Source: Bacteroidales bacterium (GTDB lineage Bacteria > Bacteroidota > Bacteroidia > Bacteroidales > UBA10428). Taken from it: 64,000 bases of DNA. Shown here one piece after another: positions 16,261-23,991 of the stretch. The stretch lies in contig JBNKPU010000043.1 of NCBI GenBank assembly GCA_050295515.1, positions 2,398 to 66,397 of the forward strand. The letters run 5' to 3'. The notes below the pieces were generated by a model, which did not search any database, was not told the origin of the DNA, and worked only from the letters and a program-made list of their open reading frames with translations. How positions within the stretch are numbered: the stretch's first letter is position 1; the number at the start of each line of letters is the position of its first letter. The position numbers were made by a program, and so were the translations under genes.

Positions 16261-17568
16261 ATGGTCCTGAATTATATTTGGTTGGGTTTTTTTATAATCG
16301 CTTTTATTGTTGCAAGCTTGCGTGTTGTTGGATACTATTTGCACAATGAATTGGGATGGTTTGCAAGTTGGGTATTTGATCATGCAGACCGGGATGTGTT
16401 CAGCGCTATTGTCGATAGTACTTTTAAGATGGCAGAGACAAGTGTTGGCCTTTCAATTTATCTTATTGGAGTTATGACCCTTTGGTTAGGAATTATGCGC
16501 ATTGGCGAGAAAGGTGGAGCTGTACAATTTCTTTCAAAAGCCACACAACCCTTTTTTGTAAGGATTTTTCCCGAGGTTCCAAAAAACCACCCGGCTATGG
16601 GCAATATGCTCATGAACTTTTGTGCAAATATGTTGGGACTAGACAACGCAGCCACACCATTTGGCCTAAAAGCCATGGACAGTTTACAAGAGCTAAATAA
16701 AGAAAAAGACAAAGCCTCAAATGCCCAAATAATGTTTTTGGTACTCAATACTTCAGGATTAACAATAGTACCGATTAGCATTATGGCCTACCGTGCAGCT
16801 GCAGGAGCAAGCAATCCGGCAGATGTGTTTTTGCCCCTACTAATGGCCACTTTTTTTTCAAGTCTTGCGGGATTAATTGTGGTTTCATTTTTTCAGCGCA
16901 TAAATCTGTTTAACTGGGTTGTATTTGCTTATGTAGGAGGAGTAAGTATACTAATTGCAGGATTGTTCAGTGCCCTAAAATGGATGAGCCAGGAACAAAT
17001 TACAGTATTTTCAAAGTTCATTGGCAATTTCATACTATTTGGATTCATCATTTTCTTTTTTGTATTGGGGTTACGTAAAAAAGTTAACCTCTATGAAAAT
17101 TTTATTGAAGGAGCCAAGGAAGGTTTTACCATGTCTATAAAAATTATACCCTACCTGGTTGCCATGCTTGTAGGCATTGGTGTTTTCAGGGCTTCGGGCG
17201 CTTTTGATTCAATAATTCAAGCCATTGCCTGGTTCTTTGCAGCGTTAGGATTTGACACACAGTTTGTTCCAGCTTTACCAACCGCATTCATGAAACCGCT
17301 TAGCGGTAGTGGTGCCCGTGGAATGATGCTGGAAGCTATGAATTCAAAACTATATGGAGGACCTGATTCTTTCGTAGGTAGATTAGTTTGTGTTTTACAA
17401 GGGAGCACTGAAACTACTTTTTACACCGTTGCCGTATATTATGGCGCTGTAAATATTAAAAAAACAAGATATACAATAACCGCAGGATTAATTGCTGACC
17501 TGGCAGGCATTGTTGCTGCTATTATTATCATGTACATATTAACAAATATTGGTTTTTTCGGAAAATAA
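16261..17568 (+). CDS. Nucleoside-recognition (Gate) domain membrane protein, SpmA/SpmB-like fusion
   Basis: 435-aa polytopic membrane protein with SpmA-like and SpmB-like halves (NAATPFGLKAM, LSGSGARGMM). Confidence 0.8.
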   Translation: MVLNYIWLGFFIIAFIVASLRVVGYYLHNELGWFASWVFDHADRDVFSAIVDSTFKMAETSVGLSIYLIGVMTLWLGIMRIGEKGGAVQFLSKATQPFFVRIFPEVPKNHPAMGNMLMNFCANMLGLDNAATPFGLKAMDSLQELNKEKDKASNAQIMFLVLNTSGLTIVPISIMAYRAAAGASNPADVFLPLLMATFFSSLAGLIVVSFFQRINLFNWVVFAYVGGVSILIAGLFSALKWMSQEQITVFSKFIGNFILFGFIIFFFVLGLRKKVNLYENFIEGAKEGFTMSIKIIPYLVAMLVGIGVFRASGAFDSIIQAIAWFFAALGFDTQFVPALPTAFMKPLSGSGARGMMLEAMNSKLYGGPDSFVGRLVCVLQGSTETTFYTVAVYYGAVNIKKTRYTITAGLIADLAGIVAAIIIMYILTNIGFFGK

Positions 17569-17646
17569 AATCGTACTTTCGAACAACCCTTTATGGATTT
17601 TTCAATTCACGTGCATCTATAAAATAGAATTTGAAAAAGAATAAAA

Positions 17647-19263
17647 ATGAAAAAGCTACTTATTGTATTTTTACTAATACCTACATTATTGCAGGCCCAG
17701 AAGCCTGTTGAGTCAGAAATTACCGATGTGATAGTTTATCAGAACGGTGCTAAACTAACAAATGAGACTACATTTTATCTAACTGCTGGTACACATGATG
17801 TTATAATACGGGGAGTGCCACTTAGTATAGACCAAAACAGTTTGCAGGCCCAGTTGAGCAAAAGTGTTGTTCTATTGTCTGCCACTTTCAGAACTGCAAA
17901 ACTGGAAAATAAAAATATTCCCAAACGTACAAAGGCGCTTGAAGATTCCATTGCTAAGATCAAAATGGACATAGGCTGGCTAAAAAGTGAAAAAACTGTT
18001 TATGAAGGTGAGCAAAAACTTATACTTGCCAATCAAAAACTAGGAAGCAATGAAGAAAAAGTTACTGTGGATGAAATTATCAAGCTAACAGAATTTTACC
18101 GTAGTCGTATAACGGATATCAATAAAAAGATTTTCAATATAGATAATACAATATCCAAATTAAACAAAGAACTCACAGATCTATTGGCAAAACTACAAAA
18201 GCTAAGCTATTCTGAAAAGAAAACCATTGGCGAGGTGGTGTTGAGTGTAACAGCTTCAAAAACATCAACGGTAAAAGCAAAGCTTTCCTATCTCAGTTAC
18301 CAGGCCAATTGGTCGCCCATATATGATATTCGTGCTGGTAAATCAGAAGACCCTGTTACACTTATTTACAAAGCAAATGTTAACCAGACTACGGGCCTTG
18401 ATTGGGACGATGTAAACCTGACAATTTCAACCGGTAATCCACGGGCCAACAATAACCGCCCAACTATGTATCCTTGGTATATAAACTTTTATGTGCCTGT
18501 TGCTGTAAACCAATATTATAAAAAATCGGCTGTACAACCTTCTCAGCAAAATTTGCTACAAAGATCCAGGGCTGTTGAAGAAGAAATGGTTATGTCAGAT
18601 AAAGAAGAGTTATCAGAAGCATCTGTCCCTTTTGATGTAGGAGTAAGCAGCAACCGCATTTCTTCGCAATACGAAATTAGTGTCCCTCAGAATATACCTA
18701 GCGATAACCAGGTACATCTTGTTGCCATACAGGAATACGAGCTACAAAGCAAGTACATGTACCATGCTATTCCTAAGTTGGATCCGGGGACATTCCTTAT
18801 CGCAAAAGTAGCTGACTATGGCAAATACAACCTGCTTGCCGGACAAGCAAACCTCTTCTTTGAAGGCATGTATATAGGACAATCGTATCTAAATCCTGTA
18901 ACAACAGTAGACTCTATGCTCTTATCGTTGGGCCGTGACGATAAAATCAATATCAAACGAAACCAACTTACCGATCTTACAGCCAGACAAACTGTAGGAA
19001 GTAATGTAAAAGAAACCAAGGCATTCGAAATAGCCATCCGAAACAACAACAGCTTCGAAATTGAACTGGATTTGATGGACCAGCTTCCAATTAGCCAGAA
19101 CAAAGAAATTGAAGTTAAACTGGAAGAAGCTGAAGGTGCCAAATTTGATGAAGCTTATGGCTCTTTGCTCTGGAGATTAAAAGTTAAACCAGGTGAAACA
19201 AAAAGGGTGAAATTTATCTATACCGTAAAATATCCAAAAGATAAACAGATACAGGGACTATAA
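17647..19263 (+). CDS. DUF4139/DUF4140 (MuiA-like) secreted protein
   Basis: Signal peptide, a central coiled coil and a C-terminal DUF4139-like region (from memory of the family). Confidence 0.7.
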   Translation: MKKLLIVFLLIPTLLQAQKPVESEITDVIVYQNGAKLTNETTFYLTAGTHDVIIRGVPLSIDQNSLQAQLSKSVVLLSATFRTAKLENKNIPKRTKALEDSIAKIKMDIGWLKSEKTVYEGEQKLILANQKLGSNEEKVTVDEIIKLTEFYRSRITDINKKIFNIDNTISKLNKELTDLLAKLQKLSYSEKKTIGEVVLSVTASKTSTVKAKLSYLSYQANWSPIYDIRAGKSEDPVTLIYKANVNQTTGLDWDDVNLTISTGNPRANNNRPTMYPWYINFYVPVAVNQYYKKSAVQPSQQNLLQRSRAVEEEMVMSDKEELSEASVPFDVGVSSNRISSQYEISVPQNIPSDNQVHLVAIQEYELQSKYMYHAIPKLDPGTFLIAKVADYGKYNLLAGQANLFFEGMYIGQSYLNPVTTVDSMLLSLGRDDKINIKRNQLTDLTARQTVGSNVKETKAFEIAIRNNNSFEIELDLMDQLPISQNKEIEVKLEEAEGAKFDEAYGSLLWRLKVKPGETKRVKFIYTVKYPKDKQIQGL

Positions 19264-19280
19264 AATAATCAACAATAAAA

Positions 19281-19307
19281 AATCCGGGGATAATTCTCCG
19301 GGTTTTT
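19281..19307. terminator. Bidirectional terminator between convergent genes
   Basis: Stem ccgggga / tctccggg flanked by an A run and a T run (aaaaaatccggggataattctccgggttttttt). Confidence 0.65.
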
Positions 19308-19910
19308 TTATTCGTCGCTACCTAAATGGAAGTATACACCAAATGTAAGCACGTTATTATAAAATGCACCCTCTCCAAAAGAACTTGTTGATGAATTTCC
19401 CCTTACAGGAAATAAGGAATAGCTAAACCTGAGATTAAAATCGAAACGGCTAAAATATGTATAATTTATTCCCAAATTTAATGCGGATTCAATAGGGTGT
19501 AAATCATCATTGGCATCGTCCATCCATTCGCCATTATAATAAGAATCTGAAAACAAATAATTAAATCCAACTCCTGCTTCTAATTTTAGTTTCTCCGTAG
19601 CATTGTATCTAGCTAAAACAGGAATATCTACATATCTAAGCCTTATTTTTTGTGGTTCAAAATGGTTGAACCCATTTGCAGAACCTTTTGATGAGTATTT
19701 TATTTCCAATTGTCCTCCCCATTTTTCATCAAAACTAGTATTAACAAATGCTCCCAGAACCAGACCGGTCTTGTAATACCCCCCCCAGTTATCGCCATCA
19801 ATTTGGGAAGCGTTCATTCCTATTAACACTCCCCCTTTAAAACGCTGTGCCCAGGTATTTGAAAGTGATATACAAGAAAGAACAACCAATACTAATACTA
19901 TTTTCTTCAT
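19308..19910 (-). CDS. Small outer-membrane beta-barrel protein (OmpA-barrel/porin-family like)
   Basis: Signal peptide, alternating strands and a C-terminal aromatic-rich strand. Contains a G8 coding-strand homopolymer (19779-19786). Confidence 0.75.
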   Translation of the reverse strand: MKKIVLVLVVLSCISLSNTWAQRFKGGVLIGMNASQIDGDNWGGYYKTGLVLGAFVNTSFDEKWGGQLEIKYSSKGSANGFNHFEPQKIRLRYVDIPVLARYNATEKLKLEAGVGFNYLFSDSYYNGEWMDDANDDLHPIESALNLGINYTYFSRFDFNLRFSYSLFPVRGNSSTSSFGEGAFYNNVLTFGVYFHLGSDE

Positions 19911-19988
19911 ACGAAAAAATCTTATTTGCTAATGTACACCAAAGTACCTAAAATAAAAAGAGCTTAGTACTAATGATAATGGAGAAAC

Positions 19989-20002
19989 TCTACAATAATG
20001 TA
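19989..20002. promoter_or_regulatory. Palindrome CTACA-N4-TGTAG (copy 1)
   Basis: ctacaataatgtag lies in the divergent promoter region upstream of the NifX-like gene. Confidence 0.35.
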
Positions 20003-20096
20003 GGAAAAAAAAGTACTACCCACCATTAGGAATAATTAAAGGTGATGGCTATTAATCCTAAGATATTGTCTATTAAGCAAAAGGCTAAAATGGCAT

Positions 20097-20104
20097 TAGC
20101 TTTG
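20097..20104 (+). promoter_or_regulatory. Candidate -7 box TAGCTTTG for the NifX-like gene
   Basis: Matches TAnnTTTG and sits about 40 nt upstream of ATG 20144. Confidence 0.4.
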
Positions 20105-20137
20105 GAACTTCGTGTTTCAAATAAGAATTAAAAAAGG

Positions 20138-20545
20138 TTGGCCATGAAAATCATTATTCCGGTTGTAGACGACAAAGAAGCTAAGAACGAACTAGCAGGA
20201 GGGTTTCATAATGCAGAATATGCCTGTATATATGATTGTGATAGCGAGGATTACGAATGGCTATTGGTTAGTGAAATAACCAAAAAACCTGGTAACCTGA
20301 GCATAGAACTTAAAAAACAAGGAATAAATATTGTTATTAGCAATTCAATGCCAATAATGGCATTAACCATGTTCAGAGAATTAGGGTTGCTCGTCTATAA
20401 GGCAGGGGCTAAAGACGTAGAAAGTAATGTAAAATTATATCTGGATAAAAAACTGGGACCCCTAACTTTTTTCAACCTTAAGGAGGAGGCTGATTCAAGT
20501 TGCAATAGTTCTTGTAGTTCATGTAGTAGTAATTGTAGTATTTAA
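20138..20545 (+). CDS. NifB/NifX-family (Nitro_FeMo-Co domain) protein with Cys/Ser-rich tail
   Basis: MKIIIPV...GGFHNAEY...core typical of the dinitrogenase FeMo-cofactor-binding domain family. The C-terminal tail is SSCNSSCSSCSSNCSI. The likely start is ATG 20144. Confidence 0.75.
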   Translation: MAMKIIIPVVDDKEAKNELAGGFHNAEYACIYDCDSEDYEWLLVSEITKKPGNLSIELKKQGINIVISNSMPIMALTMFRELGLLVYKAGAKDVESNVKLYLDKKLGPLTFFNLKEEADSSCNSSCSSCSSNCSI

Positions 20546-21018
20546 TCACAACTATTGCCTTTACTTTTTTGAGGACAATCCACCAGGTTTTGATTGAGTA
20601 AGTAAATCATTTCAGGGTTATCGTTTTGGCTCAATCCGGCTTCTTCCCGTATTTTCTCTTTATCGAATCCTACAATTTTATGATCTCCGATCATGATAAG
20701 TGGCCTACGGATTAAAAGAGGCTCAAGCAACATGGCTTCAAGAGCTTCGTTAAAAGAATAATTATCAGGTTTTACCTTTCCTAATTGAACAGATGGTGCA
20801 TTTATATTAAACCAATCCTTAACAGGCAAGCCTTCAAAAAAAGCAAGTAGTTTCTCTTTTGTCCATGGATATTCCAATAGGTCAATTGCTTCTACTTGAT
20901 GTCCTGCAAGAGTTAATATCTGTTTTTGTTTTGTATTGTTAATACATCCCGTTTTCTCAAAAAATACAATTGTTGCCATAAGCCTGTTTTTTTGATACAT
21001 AAGCAACGCGCGTGCCAC
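20542..21018 (-). CDS. ArsC/Spx-family thioredoxin-fold protein (nitrogenase-associated-protein-like)
   Basis: IVFFEKTGCINNTKQKQIL...LLIRRPLI pattern of the ArsC family. The likely start is ATG 20979. It overlaps the convergent NifX-like gene by 4 nt. Confidence 0.7.
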   Translation of the reverse strand: MARALLMYQKNRLMATIVFFEKTGCINNTKQKQILTLAGHQVEAIDLLEYPWTKEKLLAFFEGLPVKDWFNINAPSVQLGKVKPDNYSFNEALEAMLLEPLLIRRPLIMIGDHKIVGFDKEKIREEAGLSQNDNPEMIYLLNQNLVDCPQKSKGNSCD

Positions 21019-21073
21019 AATGGTTTAGTATTTAAAAATGTGATATTTATATTTTTCCAAAAAAATGATAATC

Positions 21074-21087
21074 CTACAAAATTGTAG
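21074..21087. promoter_or_regulatory. Palindrome CTACA-N4-TGTAG (copy 2)
   Basis: ctacaaaattgtag lies about 95 nt upstream of the ArsC-like ATG 20979. Confidence 0.35.
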
Positions 21088-21272
21088 AACTATCTGAAAT
21101 GTATAAAGGCTTAAGATGCACAATTGATCTATTTAACCTAGAAGGACCGAAATCAATATCCTTTTTTAAAGAAAGCTCCTAAAATGATTAGAGTATACTT
21201 AGAAAGTATACCAGCTTTGATAAAGCTGTAGAAGAAATAATTCCAAATGCTCTTTTAAAAACAGCTCAGCAA

Positions 21273-22199
21273 TTAATAGACTATCACCTGATGATATTCT
21301 ATTTGGTTACTATTCGTATTTAGTATTCCTATATAATAAGTACCTAAATTCAGATCATTTAATTCAATATCAATATAAGGTCCGGTATATTCCTTCTTCA
21401 TCAAGACCTTTCCAGTATTATCAATGATACTTATCGTATAAGTGTCGTTCCCAGATAGTTCTAATTGGATTTTATCATGAGTTGGATTTGGATAAAGCGA
21501 TTCAGCCAACTTGTTTTCAACTATTGTTGCTTTTTCATTCTCAAAAATTTTCTCAGGTAACCTATGGATTGATCCAAAATCTCCCTGCTCATCTACTATT
21601 CTAAAACTCTTATAATCTGTAATTACAGATGAATAGTATTCTTTCATTTGTTTTTTGAGAGGATTAAGCTGGTAGATTCTATTCATCGAGTCTGCTTTAT
21701 AAACCATAGGACAATTAGAATGTCCTTTAATATAAAAATCAAGATCGCACATCTGTTCCCAGATTTCGGTTAATCCCCTAATTGAATCAATACCTATTTC
21801 CATGGCACCGATCCACCAAACCGAATCTGCTAGTTGAGTGGACATGTAATATAAATTTCGATACACAGATATCAATCCATGAAAAACTGTGTCGCCTTCT
21901 ATATCAAGAATGGTATTGGTTCTTTCAGATCTGTTAAATTTAATGGCATAGAAAACCGTATCCTTTTTAAAATTATACCTAAGACTAGTGTCACCAGAAA
22001 TAGGGTCCACTATTGTTTCCATGTTCGACTTGGTAATTTTTTCTACCAGGAACTCCTCTCCTAGCCTTTTTCTCAAATCTATGGCCCTTTTTGGAAAAGG
22101 TTCAATAAAAGTATATTCAGGACATATATGAATATTGTTTTCTTGGCAGCCCAGCAAAAGCAAGGTGACAACCAGGATGTTTAAGAGTTTATTTTTCAT
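21273..22199 (-). CDS. Lipoprotein with T9SS type-A C-terminal sorting domain
   Basis: Lipobox LLLGC. The C-terminal approx. 75 aa (LYPNPTHDKIQLEL...GTYYIGIL...HQVIVY) match the Por_Secre_tail pattern. Confidence 0.7.
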   Translation of the reverse strand: MKNKLLNILVVTLLLLGCQENNIHICPEYTFIEPFPKRAIDLRKRLGEEFLVEKITKSNMETIVDPISGDTSLRYNFKKDTVFYAIKFNRSERTNTILDIEGDTVFHGLISVYRNLYYMSTQLADSVWWIGAMEIGIDSIRGLTEIWEQMCDLDFYIKGHSNCPMVYKADSMNRIYQLNPLKKQMKEYYSSVITDYKSFRIVDEQGDFGSIHRLPEKIFENEKATIVENKLAESLYPNPTHDKIQLELSGNDTYTISIIDNTGKVLMKKEYTGPYIDIELNDLNLGTYYIGILNTNSNQIEYHQVIVY

Positions 22200-22206
22200 T
22201 TTAATA

Positions 22207-23253
22207 TCATTTTAGCTTGGAGTTATATCTTCTCCAAAATTTATATTTTGTCAATGATGAATAAATTATCAGTTTCTCAAATGCAGGGATTTTTAAAGCA
22301 AAATGCAAAACGCGATATGCCAACATTAACCCAGCCAAAAAAATAACGGTATTAACTAAAACTAAAACATAATCTGCCAGAACAGTAGGAATAGCTTTTG
22401 TAATAAGCTGATTTAAACTCGTCCATTTATAGAAATAAACCGAAACAACTGAATTAGTAAATACTGCAAGTATGGCAATAAAACCATGGGCAGTTTCAAT
22501 AGCTCTTTCAGGACAAATGTTTATGCAATGCATACAACTTTCGCATTTATGTGTCCAAAAGGGCTTTTTACCAACAACCTTTATCGCTTTAATCGGACAA
22601 GTTTTAACACATAAGCCACATAAATTGCATGATTTAGATGCAACAAAGGATTTAGCAAATACAAACCGTCCGAACAAATAGTAGAAAATACTGATGGGTG
22701 CAATCAATAGGTCCTGAACAATATCCTTTAAACCTTTAAAATTTGATTTATCTTCAATTAGAATATCTGCAAAATCTTCAACCTGTTGTTTCCGTTTTTC
22801 GTAAATCGACTGTATTACATCTTGCTTCAAACCAGGATGGAGCGAAATCCAGTTTGATGGCAAATCCACAGGAAACATTCCTAATATTTTATTGCCTTTA
22901 AACAGAAAGATCAATGCTGAAAACAGAAGAGCTATACCACTTAATCCCGGAAGAAAAAATTTCCCCATTTTTAATCCTGCACGGGTATTCATTAAAAATA
23001 TCCGGTTGCTGGATCTTGGTAAATTCAGAATGAATTTCATCATGACAGGCGGATAGTTAAATCCATGTGTCGGCGAAATAAATCCAACCAAAGTATTTTC
23101 TTCAATTTGGATATTTCTTCTGTTTTCAAGTTTCCCAATATCGATCATTTTGGAATTCCAGTTATTAGCAATGGCTTTTTCAGTAACCCATTGAGCAACA
23201 TGCCTGGCATTACCGGTTCCGGAAAAGTAGTATATGATCAATTTCTTTTCCAT
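22207..23253 (-). CDS. Membrane-associated flavodoxin-like / 2x[4Fe-4S] ferredoxin fusion (EFR1-like)
   Basis: N-terminal flavodoxin-like IIYYFSGTGNARHVA. Two CxxCxxCxxxCP motifs (CNLCGLCVKTCP, CESCMHCINICP). Hydrophobic helices lie between and after the domains. Confidence 0.8.
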   Translation of the reverse strand: MEKKLIIYYFSGTGNARHVAQWVTEKAIANNWNSKMIDIGKLENRRNIQIEENTLVGFISPTHGFNYPPVMMKFILNLPRSSNRIFLMNTRAGLKMGKFFLPGLSGIALLFSALIFLFKGNKILGMFPVDLPSNWISLHPGLKQDVIQSIYEKRKQQVEDFADILIEDKSNFKGLKDIVQDLLIAPISIFYYLFGRFVFAKSFVASKSCNLCGLCVKTCPIKAIKVVGKKPFWTHKCESCMHCINICPERAIETAHGFIAILAVFTNSVVSVYFYKWTSLNQLITKAIPTVLADYVLVLVNTVIFLAGLMLAYRVLHFALKIPAFEKLIIYSSLTKYKFWRRYNSKLK

Positions 23254-23322
23254 AGATCAAGCTCTGATATGGTTGAACATGCAATATAACTGATAAATCA
23301 TTGATATTTACTCATATTTGTG

Positions 23323-23330
23323 TAATTTTG
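23323..23330 (+). promoter_or_regulatory. Candidate -7 box TAATTTTG
   Basis: Matches TAnnTTTG, 6-9 nt upstream of ATG 23336/23339. This implies a near-leaderless transcript. Confidence 0.35.
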
Positions 23331-23335
23331 TATGA

Positions 23336-23737
23336 ATGATGTTTAAGTCTAAATACAGAAATGATCGTGTTTCCCATACCTTGGTATTAGGCTTGGCTGT
23401 GTTGCTTTTTATTGCTGTTCATCATTCATATACATTAAATAAGCATTTAAGTTCTAAAGGAATTTCGGAAACCAATATTATTCAGAATTCTGATGGAATT
23501 CTTAGTTCAGCTTATGTTCTACCACAGCTCAACGAGAATAGTCTGGTATCGAAAATTATTCCTACAGGAAGCCTTCCCGGGAACTTGGTATTTCCAGTTT
23601 CTACCGAAAAGTTTTTTCAACTAAAATATTCTGCCTTCCGAATTTCGCGGTTTAAATGTAAACAAGGTGCAGCCTGGTTGTTTGCCTATTTGCATATTGT
23701 TTCATCGCAAGGCGATGCTTCTCCATTCATTTCATAA
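23336..23737 (+). CDS. Hypothetical single-TM protein
   Basis: 133-aa ORF with one hydrophobic helix and a good -7 box just upstream. No motif recognised. Confidence 0.4.
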   Translation: MMFKSKYRNDRVSHTLVLGLAVLLFIAVHHSYTLNKHLSSKGISETNIIQNSDGILSSAYVLPQLNENSLVSKIIPTGSLPGNLVFPVSTEKFFQLKYSAFRISRFKCKQGAAWLFAYLHIVSSQGDASPFIS

Positions 23738-23770
23738 CTTTTTATTGGTATAAATAGCGTTTGCCCTTTT

Positions 23771-23946
23771 TTAACCCGGAATATGCATTAGAAAATCTAT
23801 TACATATTGAAATTGCTTCAATACAAGTCGTTTAACTTACTTGTTTCGATTAACCATAGTGGTGCTATGATTCATCTCACCAAGCCCTTCTATTTTTGCA
23901 CTTTCAACCTTCATAACGAAGTTCTAATACATAATCCGGGTTTAAA
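23771..23946 (+). repeat. About 176-bp repeat element with terminal inverted repeats, copy A
   Basis: Roughly 90-93% identical by eye to the reverse complement of 33188-33353, apart from one 11-nt indel. The ends cccggaatatgcattagaa / ttctaatacataatccggg are inverted repeats. Confidence 0.8.
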
Positions 23947-23991
23947 CAAATTGTTTAGGGTGTATTTATTAGTATTAAAAAATAAAAAATT

